Origin: a virus
Virus record (IMG/VR): IMGVR_UViG_3300045988_116681
Coordinates: 48,632 to 112,631 of that record
Length of the DNA stretch: 64,000 nucleotides
Strand: one strand, 5' to 3'
Shown: positions 1-9,081 of the stretch, piece by piece
Layout: every line of letters begins with the position of its first letter
Numbering within the stretch: position 1 is the first letter of the stretch
Program-made: the position numbers and the translations under genes
The notes under the pieces: generated by a model
What the model was told of the DNA's origin: nothing
What the model saw: only the letters and a program-made list of their open reading frames with translations
The model's database searches: none

Positions 1-923
1 ACTGTTTTAAGCGGAACTTCATACTTTTTTGCAATTTCTGCTGGCATTAGCCCCTTGTTATGGTCGTAGCGAATAGCCAATCTGGTTTCAATATCAGTAG
101 TCATTGTGCGCTTCCAGTTGTCATAACCATTATACAAGAAACTGTCATCATACAATCCATCTTGAAAGCCTTTGCTAATGTTTTCTTCACGAGAACACCA
201 TTCAAGGTTTTCAATATTGTTTTGATGCTTTTTACCATTGATGTGATTTACGGTAAGGCTTTGCCAATTTTCTACTGGAATCCACACATAAGCCATAAGA
301 CGGTGTAACTGCCATTTTTCTGTTCCGCAACGTCCGCCAAGATTCAGTTCAAAATAACCTCGTGGATTTTTGTGTGGTTTTAATTCCTTTTCTGCAAAAT
401 GGCGAGTACGTCCGCTTTTATAATTATCATTTACTTCAAAAGCACAAGAGAACACTCTGCCATTTTTATATACTTTGTATTGTCTACCGTTTTCACAAGT
501 ATAGATTTTATACTCGTTGGTTTCATAAGGATATTCAATATCTTCCCATTCTTTGTTTCGATTAAGTAACTTTTGCACTTCTGGTGAAGTAGTAAAATCA
601 TCAATCGTAAACGGTTTCGCAAGACCTTTGTGCATGAAGCTACATGAGTTACGAGCAGTGGCGATTTTATAGGTGTCCTGTTCAAAAATAAAATAAGACG
701 GTGCTACAATATCCATCTGAACGTGAATAAAGCGTAGGAACTTACGGTGCTCTGTGCCAGCCTTTACAAGACGCTTTGCAAGGTTAAGGTCAGCTTCACC
801 AAGAGAGAATGTGCCGTCTGGGTAAAAGAAGCTATCTGACTTAGCCCATGAGTTTAGAGGATTTCGCATACCTCTAAAAGCGCCTTCCCAGCCGTAAGTT
901 TGGATGTTATCAATTTTAATCAT
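1..923 (-). CDS. ThyX-like (flavin-dependent thymidylate synthase superfamily) N-terminal region, continuing in frame into a NUMOD4/HNH_3 homing-endonuclease module; the 3' end lies outside the window
   Basis: ATG at 923 follows AAGGAGG. I checked every codon from 923 to 1 and found no stop; the ORF is missing from the track because it has no stop in the window. The N-terminus 'GTEHRKFLRFIHVQMDIVAP..TYKIATARNSCSFMH' fits the ThyX pattern. Later, 'HRLMAYVWIP..VNHINGKKHQNNIENLEWCSREEN' is an HNH_3 motif. Confidence 0.5.
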   Translation of the reverse strand, partial: MIKIDNIQTYGWEGAFRGMRNPLNSWAKSDSFFYPDGTFSLGEADLNLAKRLVKAGTEHRKFLRFIHVQMDIVAPSYFIFEQDTYKIATARNSCSFMHKGLAKPFTIDDFTTSPEVQKLLNRNKEWEDIEYPYETNEYKIYTCENGRQYKVYKNGRVFSCAFEVNDNYKSGRTRHFAEKELKPHKNPRGYFELNLGGRCGTEKWQLHRLMAYVWIPVENWQSLTVNHINGKKHQNNIENLEWCSREENISKGFQDGLYDDSFLYNGYDNWKRTMTTDIETRLAIRYDHNKGLMPAEIAKKYEVPLKT

Positions 924-936
924 TGGGGATTCCTCC

Positions 937-1251
937 TTATAAGTGTTGTACATAGTTTTCTTTATGAATAGTGCTGTGTTTGTCATTGTGACGATTAACC
1001 CAAACAGTGCGAACAACAGCAGTACCATCTGCGTTCAAAACGATAGCGGCACAGGTGTCTTTATCAGGGAACTTATTATTTTGCAAGCGAACAACAACCT
1101 TAGTTACGCTACCGAGTTCAAATTCGGCTTCAATTACTTCGCCGTGCAACATAGCTTTATAGCAATTATGAGGAAGGTGAAGTTCAGAAATGCGCTTGAA
1201 ATAATGCCGTGTAGGGATAATAGTGTATTTCTTTCTCAAGGCGTACTGCAC
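937..1251 (-). CDS. hypothetical protein
   Basis: 104-aa ORF in the track, inside a minus-strand operon. No family recognised. Confidence 0.5.
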   Translation of the reverse strand: MQYALRKKYTIIPTRHYFKRISELHLPHNCYKAMLHGEVIEAEFELGSVTKVVVRLQNNKFPDKDTCAAIVLNADGTAVVRTVWVNRHNDKHSTIHKENYVQHL

Positions 1252-1463
1252 GGCGTATTCAACTTCATCACACCAGAATACATTTTTATTAAATGTGCCG
1301 TTAAGAGAGTAAAGGAAAGTGCTAAAAAGATAACTTTCAAAAGATAACTTTCAAGAGAACGAGATAAACTACTCCAAGTATACTGACCATCTCGAATTTG
1401 ATGCTTCATGCCGTTAATTTCAACATAGTCATTGTGAATGTCCACATCAAAAGTAATCTTCAT
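1236..1463 (-). CDS. hypothetical small protein
   Basis: First ORF downstream of the promoter at 1505..1533. The C-terminal half looks low in complexity, so the true end is uncertain. Confidence 0.35.
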   Translation of the reverse strand: MKITFDVDIHNDYVEINGMKHQIRDGQYTWSSLSRSLESYLLKVIFLALSFTLLTAHLIKMYSGVMKLNTPCSTP

Positions 1464-1504
1464 TTTAATCTCTCAAAAAAACAATACTTCTTGTTCATAT
1501 AGAT

Positions 1505-1533
1505 AGTATATCACAAGAAGTATTGTAAGTCAA
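1505..1533 (-). promoter_or_regulatory. sigma-A-type promoter
   Basis: Minus strand reads TTGACT-17 nt-TATACT. Confidence 0.6.
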
Positions 1534-1553
1534 GGGTTATTTAGTTGTCAGAA

Positions 1554-1781
1554 TTAAAAAAGAGTAACGTTACAGTCAACCATAATAACGCGGTCACTTT
1601 CGCCATAAGTATAAGATACACTGTCTACACGAGCAGTTTCACAAGTGTTGGATGAAGTGTAAATATATTCGCCTACACGCGGAGTAGGTGAACCGAGTGG
1701 CATTTCCCATTGTGCGTATACATAGTCGTTATACTGACCTGATTCTGCGTCAAGGTCAAATAGTCTGATTAGTATGTTCAT
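1554..1781 (-). CDS. hypothetical protein
   Basis: ATG at 1781 (MNILIRL..) follows GGAGGG and overlaps the nrdG stop. The track ORF extends further upstream, inside nrdG. Confidence 0.55.
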   Translation of the reverse strand: MNILIRLFDLDAESGQYNDYVYAQWEMPLGSPTPRVGEYIYTSSNTCETARVDSVSYTYGESDRVIMVDCNVTLF

Positions 1782-2302
1782 TAAGTTCCCTCCATTAGAA
1801 TAGGTTCTTTTTGATTGATAGACATACGAGAAAGGATGACACGTTGGTTGCTTGAGCCACGCCATTTAAGTGTAAGGTCGCGCAGAGAATCAACATATTG
1901 TCCATCTACTACTACGTCACATAATGATATTAGGTTTTGGCGATAGATTCTCATGTCAGATTCATCGTTCCATATATCTTCCCACTTAAAGCCAGTCCAT
2001 AGCCATACTGTTTTGCCAAGGCTACGAGCGGTTAAAGCAAGTTGATTCATAATGTGAAAGCCTGTGTTGTCTTGACATAGTGGGTCGCCACCTGTGAATG
2101 TAATACCACTGCACCAAGGTTGACGAAGCGTGTCACAAACGAAATTAAATTGTTCTTCGCCAAATTCGTCACCATTGTGGCTATCCCATGTTTCTGGGTT
2201 AAAGCAGTTTTTGCAATGATGATTACAGCCAGATACCCAAACTACGCAACGTAAACCGCTACCATTATTCATGTTACAAGAGTCAATTTTAATATAGTTC
2301 AT
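1781..2302 (-). CDS. nrdG: anaerobic ribonucleoside-triphosphate reductase activating protein (radical SAM)
   Basis: CNHHCKNCFN (CxxxCxxC) near the N-terminus; typical size; sits immediately downstream of nrdD. Confidence 0.9.
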   Translation of the reverse strand: MNYIKIDSCNMNNGSGLRCVVWVSGCNHHCKNCFNPETWDSHNGDEFGEEQFNFVCDTLRQPWCSGITFTGGDPLCQDNTGFHIMNQLALTARSLGKTVWLWTGFKWEDIWNDESDMRIYRQNLISLCDVVVDGQYVDSLRDLTLKWRGSSNQRVILSRMSINQKEPILMEGT

Positions 2303-2311
2303 ACTGACACC

Positions 2312-3274
2312 TCACATTGATTTGCGGTCTTTGAACTCTGCGAGTTTGTGGTCTGCATACATGGTTCTGCCTTTGATTTTAGAATATCCCAAATATCCGT
2401 TCATTCTCTCAATACGAGTGATGTTTTTACTGCCACATTTAGGACATTCATCTTTATCAATGAAAGAAGCGCCACAATCTTCACAATAATCAAGCTGTAG
2501 ATTTACGCCTTCGTAGAAGCCCATATCCATTGCTCTACGAATAAGAGTTTTCATTGCTTCAATATTGTAGTCTGTAGTATAACGACAATATTGAATATTA
2601 CCACCATTGCATAGATGGAACATTGGATATTCAATATCTTGCTTTTGAATAGGTGAAATATCTTCCCATACACCACAATGGAATGAATTAGAAGTGTAAG
2701 GACGGTCAGATACGCCCTTAATAATGCCGTATTTCTTGCGGAACTGCTCGACTTGCAAACCGCAAAGGGATTCAGCAGGAGTTCCGTAAAGAGCGTATAG
2801 AATGTTGTCGATTTTCTTATACTTCTCAGCATAATCATTGATAAACTTCAAAACTTCAATGGCAAAAGTATTATCTTCAGCAATGGTTTTACCGTTATAC
2901 AGTACACTGGTTTCATTGAGTGCAGTAATACCAAAACTCATTGTCATAGGACGAAGGAAATCTTCGCCAATTTCTTCTTCTGGGTCAAAGTGACCGTTAA
3001 GGAAACCGCCTTGACAGAAAGCAAGTGGGTTAGTACCAGCTTTCTTGTGAGAAAGATAAGTAAATGTGCGCTTGTGAATAGCACGGCACATATCAAGATA
3101 ATAAGTTAGTACATCATAAAAATCCTTGTTTTCTTGCTTTGCTTTAGCAAGAATCATAGGAAAGTGAAGGGAAATTGCTCCGAGGTTACAACGCCCTTCA
3201 TATACAGGCTTGTCTTGGTCATCTGCGGGGTACATACCGCCACGCTCATACCAAGGTGAAAGATTTGCTCGACA
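2312..3274 (-). CDS. nrdD: anaerobic ribonucleotide reductase NrdD, 3' exon (C-terminal part with the glycyl-radical region)
   Basis: Begins CRANLSPW.., which completes the ..ISRMG|CR.. junction motif. Carries a C-terminal Cys4 cluster and the RMNGYLGY glycyl-radical motif. Confidence 0.85.
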   Translation of the reverse strand, partial: CRANLSPWYERGGMYPADDQDKPVYEGRCNLGAISLHFPMILAKAKQENKDFYDVLTYYLDMCRAIHKRTFTYLSHKKAGTNPLAFCQGGFLNGHFDPEEEIGEDFLRPMTMSFGITALNETSVLYNGKTIAEDNTFAIEVLKFINDYAEKYKKIDNILYALYGTPAESLCGLQVEQFRKKYGIIKGVSDRPYTSNSFHCGVWEDISPIQKQDIEYPMFHLCNGGNIQYCRYTTDYNIEAMKTLIRRAMDMGFYEGVNLQLDYCEDCGASFIDKDECPKCGSKNITRIERMNGYLGYSKIKGRTMYADHKLAEFKDRKSM

Positions 3275-4097
3275 CAAGGGAATTATATCCCTTAGACTAT
3301 ATCATAATTGTTTGGTCAATTCTTCGCGCTTCCATAGCAAGAATTGCACTTGCTATGTACTCTACTTGGTTACTTTCTGATACAACCCAAATTACATATC
3401 AGATACCCTTTTGATAGTCGTTTAACATACATATTCAAATTTGTAATTATCGAAGTAATTAGGACTTAGTTCGCCTTTTAGCACTCGCGCAATTTTGTGC
3501 CTATCCATATGTAAACATCTACCAGCTTCACGAATAGAAGTGAAATTTTGCACATTGCCTTCTTTGTTAATAGCGCGAATAGCCGTGTTGTTTTTGTGTG
3601 TTCTATTGCCACTATCCCAACCATGTTGTACATTATAAGCATTAGTACACCATTCAAGATTTTCAAGACGATTGTCTGTTTTATCAGAATTGATATGATT
3701 AACGTACTTATAATTGTTAGGATTTGGGATGAAACAATGTGCTAAGATAACATGAACTCGTTCATGTACAAAACTGTGGTCAGGTAAACTACGCATTACT
3801 TGCATATATCCATCACTGCCTTTATGTGGGGTGACTTGATTACCTGTGCGAGAGTTATAAAAGTTAAAATTTTCATCTACCAAAAATCCGTTGTATTCTT
3901 TATATTGCATTTTATCACCTTCTTTCATATAAAAAATCATTTGAATATGCTTAGCACAGCGATTATTTCATACTTTTGTATGAACCTTCCCTGTTAGCAG
4001 AGATATTAACAAACCATTTCCTGTTTGAACTTACGTTATCTCCACACCATATATTTATATGTTCACGAAGTTTTACATGGGCTATCGTGTCATTTCA
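3275..4097 (-). other. probable group I intron (823 nt) interrupting nrdD
   Basis: Exon 1 ends ..ATG GGT with T as its last base, followed directly by a stop. The insert ends in G just before TGT CGA (CR..). It carries a free-standing HNH ORF. The joined exons restore the conserved ..SRMGCRANL.. sequence. Confidence 0.65.
3422..3910 (-). CDS. NUMOD4/HNH_3 homing endonuclease (intron-encoded)
   Basis: YKEYNGFLVDENFNFYNSRTG (NUMOD4-like) and HVILAHCFIPNP..VNHINSDKTDNRLENLEWCT (HNH_3). ATG at 3910 follows AAGGTGA. Confidence 0.85.
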   Translation of the reverse strand: MQYKEYNGFLVDENFNFYNSRTGNQVTPHKGSDGYMQVMRSLPDHSFVHERVHVILAHCFIPNPNNYKYVNHINSDKTDNRLENLEWCTNAYNVQHGWDSGNRTHKNNTAIRAINKEGNVQNFTSIREAGRCLHMDRHKIARVLKGELSPNYFDNYKFEYVC

Positions 4098-5285
4098 ACC
4101 CATTCGGCTAATAGTTACACCATACTTTTTATAAATTTCTGGCGCATAACCGTCACCTGTACACGAGATAAAATCAGGGTACATACATTTGCTACTGCAA
4201 TCAATCGCTTCATCAAACAGCCATTCCAGTTCTTTACCTTCGCCGTGAAGTTCTTTATCATAAAGGAAACTTAGTTTAGGAAATAGTACAGGATGCTTGA
4301 AACCTTTCTTACCTTGTCCTTCCTTGCGTACCCTTAGGCAAACAGAAGATAGCATAGATTCCATACGGTCAGTGCCAAGACCAAAAGAAACAGCAGTAAA
4401 CGGATAATCGCCACGACTTGAAGCCACAGAATTAAACTTCATTTCCCATGCTTGGAAACCTTGCTCTGCTTCACGAGCAACTTTATTAAAAGCATAGGTA
4501 TCTGCCGCTTGTTCAAATGCCCTACTGTTTGTATTGCCTTGCCAATTATCTACGATTTCAAAATAATCTTGGTAATATTTTTCATAACTCTTTTGAGCGT
4601 AAGGAGCAAGTAGTTTATCAATTTCGCTGATTGTATAGCCACCATACTGAGCCGCCGCCATATTCATTGCAACATCAGCTACAAGGTCAAAAGCTACATC
4701 AAGGCTATGTGGTTCTTCATAATCGAGATTACCCATAGTAAAACCGCCAGTAAGGATTGACTTCATATCAGCAAGACAACAGTTTACGCTATCAAGTCTT
4801 GAGCCACGGTCGTGAATATAAATATAGCCTTCAGACATGGCTTGTTCTTCTTCGATAGTAAGGAAGAATTTCTTGTAAAGTTCGCTGTTTAATTCATTGT
4901 ACACAATAGCCTTTTGTGTGGTTACAAGAGCACTATCAGCATTAGCGTTGCTTCTATCTCCGATAAAAGATAGGGACAGCTTCTTGCTATATACCTTATC
5001 CAGCATTGAAGCAAAGGCACTCTTATTGTCACGATATTCACGATAAGATTTTGCTACTGCTGAATTAACCGAATCAAGAGCAACTTCTACCATATTGTGA
5101 ATAGTGCTGACAGGAACAGGAGTTTCATTGTACTGTAACTTGCCACGAACGGTTGATACAACCTTATCTTCATCATTCTTAGATAAAGGCATACATACAC
5201 GTTCTGCGCTTTTTTGGATAGCTTTGCGAATCTTGTTTCCGTCAAAATTTACGATAGCCCCATTCTTTTTAAGGACTTTAATCAT
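4098..5285 (-). CDS. nrdD: anaerobic ribonucleotide reductase NrdD, 5' exon (ATP-cone plus N-terminal barrel)
   Basis: MIKVLKKNGAIVNFDGNKIRKAIQ is an ATP-cone. The ORF stops one codon after ..ISRMG. Confidence 0.85.
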
Positions 5286-5339
5286 AAATTATCACACTCC
5301 CTTGTATATAAATTTTTATAACCTACAATATCTTGTAGA

Positions 5340-5373
5340 ATACCATAGTAACATAAAAATGTTACTATGGTAT
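5340..5373. repeat. perfect 15-bp inverted repeat (hairpin with an AAAA loop)
   Basis: ATACCATAGTAACAT-aaaa-ATGTTACTATGGTAT, between the 5405 gene and the nrdD start. Confidence 0.8.
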
Positions 5374-5404
5374 GAACAAATTGTAAACAAATTATGAACA
5401 ATTA

Positions 5405-5737
5405 TTACGATGCTCTACACTTTGCTTCACGTTCGATTTGTGCAATCTTCGGCAACAGAACTTCAAATAGAATATCAAGTTCTTCGGCATAACTGAAATT
5501 ACTGCCACGAGCAGGTGGTGCATCTATAATATCACGATAAGTCTGAATCAGCCAATGGTATAATAGTTTATCTCGTTCATAGAAGAATTGCGTATTAAAA
5601 TAGTTATTTACATCTTCAAAAGTATCAAAAGTGATAAGAAAACTTCTTTTTCCAAATTCATCAAAACTTTTTTCATCACCAAAATTGACTTCATCAAAGT
5701 TTACAAATCCTCTGGTTGTACGGTCATCAATATACAT
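5405..5737 (-). CDS. hypothetical protein
   Basis: 110-aa ORF with a TAATG overlap to the upstream gene. Confidence 0.6.
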   Translation of the reverse strand: MYIDDRTTRGFVNFDEVNFGDEKSFDEFGKRSFLITFDTFEDVNNYFNTQFFYERDKLLYHWLIQTYRDIIDAPPARGSNFSYAEELDILFEVLLPKIAQIEREAKCRAS

Positions 5738-5931
5738 TACTTTAAGTCCTCATCAAAACCGATAACGGTAACTTCTTCAGCCCTGACAAAGACATGACTG
5801 TTGTTGACTCTTTCGATAACCCAATAATCTCCATCATATGGTAGTCTAAATTCTACCACATCGTAAAGAAATAATGAACTACCATTCTTCATGATAATTC
5901 TAAGTTTTTGTGGCTTATCCATCATTTTCAC
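5737..5931 (-). CDS. hypothetical protein
   Basis: 64-aa ORF behind a GAGGTGA SD. Confidence 0.55.
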   Translation of the reverse strand: MKMMDKPQKLRIIMKNGSSLFLYDVVEFRLPYDGDYWVIERVNNSHVFVRAEEVTVIGFDEDLK

Positions 5932-5932
5932 C

Positions 5933-6421
5933 TCACTTCACGCTAATGCTCTTGTTCTCCACCAGCTTAACGCCATGTAGCGGAGTACCGCTCTGTACCA
6001 TCTTCTTGAGGTCAGTCTTACTATACTTATAGGTTTCAACCTTAGTACATAGGTCTTTGTGGAACTTGAAAAATTCTTCTTCGTTGACTTCGGTGCTTGT
6101 AGACTTACGGAAAGAAATCTTGCAACGTGCAGTTTCAAACTTGCTACCTTGCAGGTCATCAGACAGCATAACCTTTAGGCGATTGATAAGATTTTCCTTG
6201 ACCTTTCTACGCTTTGCAAGGTTGACTTCTTCCTTCTTGATAGCATCACACTCAGCTTCAACAGACTTGATGTAGCAAGCGATGTTTTCAATCTTTTCGT
6301 CATGCGCTACTTGAAGCTGGTCAAGTAGTGACATATCGGTAAGAATTTCGCCAGTTTCTTCGTCAATCTCGATGTTGTTCATAAAGTCAAGAATTTGAGA
6401 ATTAATATCATATAGTGTCAT
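5933..6421 (-). CDS. Gp157-family protein (Sipho_Gp157)
   Basis: MTLYDINSQ..IDEETGEI..NIACYIK..AIKKEE..LAKRRK..ENL..RLK matches the siphovirus Gp157 family pattern. Confidence 0.75.
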   Translation of the reverse strand: MTLYDINSQILDFMNNIEIDEETGEILTDMSLLDQLQVAHDEKIENIACYIKSVEAECDAIKKEEVNLAKRRKVKENLINRLKVMLSDDLQGSKFETARCKISFRKSTSTEVNEEEFFKFHKDLCTKVETYKYSKTDLKKMVQSGTPLHGVKLVENKSISVK

Positions 6422-6445
6422 TTTGATTCCTCCATTAAAAATGGT

Positions 6446-6904
6446 TTATAGTTCTACGTTTTCGATTTCAGCGCGTACTTCAAGGATATGCAGATACTCG
6501 CCCATTACGTTAGCTTGATGCTCAAGAAGTTCAATAGGACAAGTCGGCTCAAAGTCAAGTGTGCCAGCTTCATGCTTCACGAGCATACGATGTAGCTTGG
6601 TGTACTTATCCTTGAGTTCGTGATACTCGTTAATCATACGGTTTACATAAGCAGGAGCTTCTTCGGTGGGTTCATTTTCAGTAGACTCGTTCTTGCAATC
6701 ACAAGAGTTATCACAAGGAACAATCTCAAACCCAAAGTCGCCGTTTCCGTTTTCTGGGTAATCATCTGGCTTGAAGTTATACATAGTGAATTTCGGCATA
6801 CATACAATAATATTGTTAATCTTACCGCTGTATGGTATGTCACTTGCGTTGAGTCGTTCAATCAGGTCGTCAACATCAATTAGTTTCTTCATCTGTGCTT
6901 TCAT
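6446..6904 (-). CDS. hypothetical protein
   Basis: ATG at 6904 follows AAAGGAGAA. The C-terminal helical region is of a type common in phage proteins. Confidence 0.55.
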   Translation of the reverse strand: MKAQMKKLIDVDDLIERLNASDIPYSGKINNIIVCMPKFTMYNFKPDDYPENGNGDFGFEIVPCDNSCDCKNESTENEPTEEAPAYVNRMINEYHELKDKYTKLHRMLVKHEAGTLDFEPTCPIELLEHQANVMGEYLHILEVRAEIENVEL

Positions 6905-7091
6905 AGTGTTTTCTCCTTTTACTAATCTTAATACACTTGTGTCCACCATGTCGTGTGCCGTTGATTTTTACTTGCTTTTCAGTTACCTTTTCGATAACGC
7001 CTTCTTCAAAGTTGGCTGAAGTCTGAATCTCGCAAATATAAACAACGGTATCTCCGACACGAAGTTCCTTACCAAAGTAATCTCGTGCCAT
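6876..7091 (-). CDS. hypothetical protein
   Basis: 71-aa ORF within the operon. Confidence 0.45.
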   Translation of the reverse strand: MARDYFGKELRVGDTVVYICEIQTSANFEEGVIEKVTEKQVKINGTRHGGHKCIKISKRRKHYESTDEETN

Positions 7092-7096
7092 AAAAG

Positions 7097-7339
7097 TTAT
7101 ACCTTTTCGTATGTTTTCTCGAAAATGTCTGGCTTGCAGGGGTAGAACTCACCGTTTACACCCTTGATGATGTAGTCACCAACAGATGCCAGCATAGTTC
7201 CTTCAAGAGTTAAAACAAGGAACATTTTCTTGTTCTCACTCCACACGACATTCATTCCACAAAACTTGTCGATTTCCGTTTGGTTCTTGCTTGTCCATTG
7301 GACAGCTTCGATAACTACGGGTTTCTTACGATATTTCAT
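7097..7339 (-). CDS. hypothetical protein
   Basis: ATG at 7339 lies 8 nt after GGAGAG, just past the upstream TGA. Confidence 0.55.
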   Translation of the reverse strand: MKYRKKPVVIEAVQWTSKNQTEIDKFCGMNVVWSENKKMFLVLTLEGTMLASVGDYIIKGVNGEFYPCKPDIFEKTYEKV

Positions 7340-7344
7340 AATCT

Positions 7345-7542
7345 TCACTCTCCGAAAATCATAATATATTTAGTCCCGCTCTCAGGGTCATGCTTGCGTA
7401 ACCAATCCTTAAATTCCTTTTCAGTAGAACAGCGATATAGCATATTCTGCATTTCATTTAAGTTCTGACGAATAATTTCAAGGTCTTTACGAACACCGTT
7501 GATTGACTCGATAACATCTTGTCGTACTTCTTTACTAATCAT
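7345..7542 (-). CDS. hypothetical protein
   Basis: ATG at 7542 follows AAAGGAGAA. Confidence 0.5.
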   Translation of the reverse strand: MISKEVRQDVIESINGVRKDLEIIRQNLNEMQNMLYRCSTEKEFKDWLRKHDPESGTKYIMIFGE

Positions 7543-7771
7543 TGTAGTTCTCCTTTCTAATACCAACACCAGCAAATCTTAGAATATCATCCAATTCGTT
7601 GTTGAAATTGCCTACATAATCGCCATTTTCATCATAAAGACTGTATGCAACATAAGGCTTTGCTGTAATACCAGTAGCTTCATGCAGTTTGGTGAGAAAC
7701 TCTTCGTCAACGCCATCATATTCGAGATAGTCATTTAATTCATTGAATTGCTTTTGAGAGATTGTTCTCAT
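7535..7771 (-). CDS. hypothetical protein
   Basis: ATG at 7771 follows GGAGGAA. Confidence 0.5.
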   Translation of the reverse strand: MRTISQKQFNELNDYLEYDGVDEEFLTKLHEATGITAKPYVAYSLYDENGDYVGNFNNELDDILRFAGVGIRKENYND

Positions 7772-8013
7772 TCTAATTCCTCCTGCAAGTCCATATTCAC
7801 TGTTTCGGTACCACAAGCGTTCGGCTGTACCTTGTACTCAAAGCCATACTGCTTCTCATACCCTTGTAGCACACCTTCAATAGCTTCATAACCTGTGTCG
7901 AATCTATGGACATCATGATTTGCCTTGTCGATTAACTGCTCTGGGTCAATTTCATCTTCACATTCAATAATGTGATAGTGCTTGGTTAGTTCAACGATTA
8001 GGTACTTAGCCAT
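7768..8013 (-). CDS. hypothetical protein
   Basis: ATG at 8013 follows GAAGGTGA. Confidence 0.5.
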   Translation of the reverse strand: MAKYLIVELTKHYHIIECEDEIDPEQLIDKANHDVHRFDTGYEAIEGVLQGYEKQYGFEYKVQPNACGTETVNMDLQEELE

Positions 8014-8206
8014 TGGTTTCACCTTCATTTGAAGAATTTTGTAAGTCGTTAATAAACGTCATAATCTTATTATAGCACTCGTTACATACGCAACTGTACA
8101 CCTTGTCAACAAAACCTTCGTGTTTTTTCGTCATGATATTCCAACTCATGCACATCGTTCTCGCATTCATTTCCTTGCTACATACATCGCAAAATGTTTT
8201 AGTCAT
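8006..8206 (-). CDS. hypothetical zinc-ribbon protein
   Basis: ATG at 8206 follows AAAGGAGAA. Contains CDVC..CVCNEC. Confidence 0.5.
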   Translation of the reverse strand: MTKTFCDVCSKEMNARTMCMSWNIMTKKHEGFVDKVYSCVCNECYNKIMTFINDLQNSSNEGETNG

Positions 8207-8465
8207 TTTTATTCTCCTTTCCATCTTTAATTGGATATTTTCGGAACAACTTACTATATTGCCAAAACTCATGAACTGGGTACAGATACATTAGTGTTTT
8301 GAAGATATAATACATTTCACCAGTATTTTCATCTAAAGCAAAATGACTATGTCCATTCCAAATTAACTTAAATTGTTGACCGAATTGTTCTTTCAACCAT
8401 TCTTCTTTAATCTTATTTTCGCCACGATTTTCGCCTACTCGTGGTTGATATTTAAGCCTTTTCAT
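8199..8465 (-). CDS. hypothetical protein
   Basis: ATG at 8465 follows GGAGGAA. Confidence 0.5.
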   Translation of the reverse strand: MKRLKYQPRVGENRGENKIKEEWLKEQFGQQFKLIWNGHSHFALDENTGEMYYIFKTLMYLYPVHEFWQYSKLFRKYPIKDGKENKND

Positions 8466-8466
8466 T

Positions 8467-8718
8467 TTATTCCTCCATGCCACTATCCATCCGTTTGCAA
8501 TAGTTCTCGCAAAGGCGTGCAAGTTCTTCTATTGAATGCTTTTGCCAATCTATGTCAAGTTCGCACACCACGAATTTATCTTCTCTATCTTCCCCGATGA
8601 CATTATTGCCCGCTTCACATAGTTGTTTAATTTTCTCTCTTGTCCTCCATTGAGGAATGTCGAGTCCACAACAATAAACCATATTACAAACTTTACGAAA
8701 TAGGATAAGTGATTTCAT
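8467..8718 (-). CDS. hypothetical protein
   Basis: 83-aa ORF from the track. Confidence 0.45.
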   Translation of the reverse strand: MKSLILFRKVCNMVYCCGLDIPQWRTREKIKQLCEAGNNVIGEDREDKFVVCELDIDWQKHSIEELARLCENYCKRMDSGMEE

Positions 8719-8776
8719 TCTTTATAATACCTCATTTATTTATTGTAATATTGAGTCTACAATTTTTTCAATCGGC

Positions 8777-9025
8777 TTAAACCAATAAATCTTTTATTTC
8801 TTTGCCATCAATAGATTTAACAAAATAAAGCATAATATTAGACGAAGAAGGACTTCCCAGTAAAATTGAAGTTGTCATATTTGTGTTAGTGCAATATACT
8901 GTGATAACATCATTTTCGATAGATTTAACATACCCAGTTGTGTTATCTTTGAATAAAATAAGCATATTAGGTTCAATCCAGCCAAATACTTGTTTTAAGT
9001 ATGTGCTTGAAAATTTCGTTTTCAT
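8777..9025 (-). CDS. hypothetical protein
   Basis: 82-aa ORF from the track. Confidence 0.45.
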   Translation of the reverse strand: MKTKFSSTYLKQVFGWIEPNMLILFKDNTTGYVKSIENDVITVYCTNTNMTTSILLGSPSSSNIMLYFVKSIDGKEIKDLLV

Positions 9026-9081
9026 TGAACGCCAACCGCCTTTCTTAGCTTTTTATAATTGCTTATACACCACAAAATGTT

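Noticed and set aside
943-1347. Plus-strand ORFs of 60-207 aa that overlap minus-strand genes (for example 943..1347, 11493..12116, 18244..18792, 21736..22167, 38897..39328)
   Set aside because: They lie antisense to well-supported genes, lack SD sequences, and have odd, low-complexity, F/I/L/C-rich composition. They are a typical artefact of an AT-rich genome.
5320-5340. NrdR box upstream of nrdD (CTACAAGATATTGTAG)
   Set aside because: It is a palindrome resembling the NrdR consensus core, but I found only one copy, not the usual pair. Without a scoring matrix I could not establish that it is significant.
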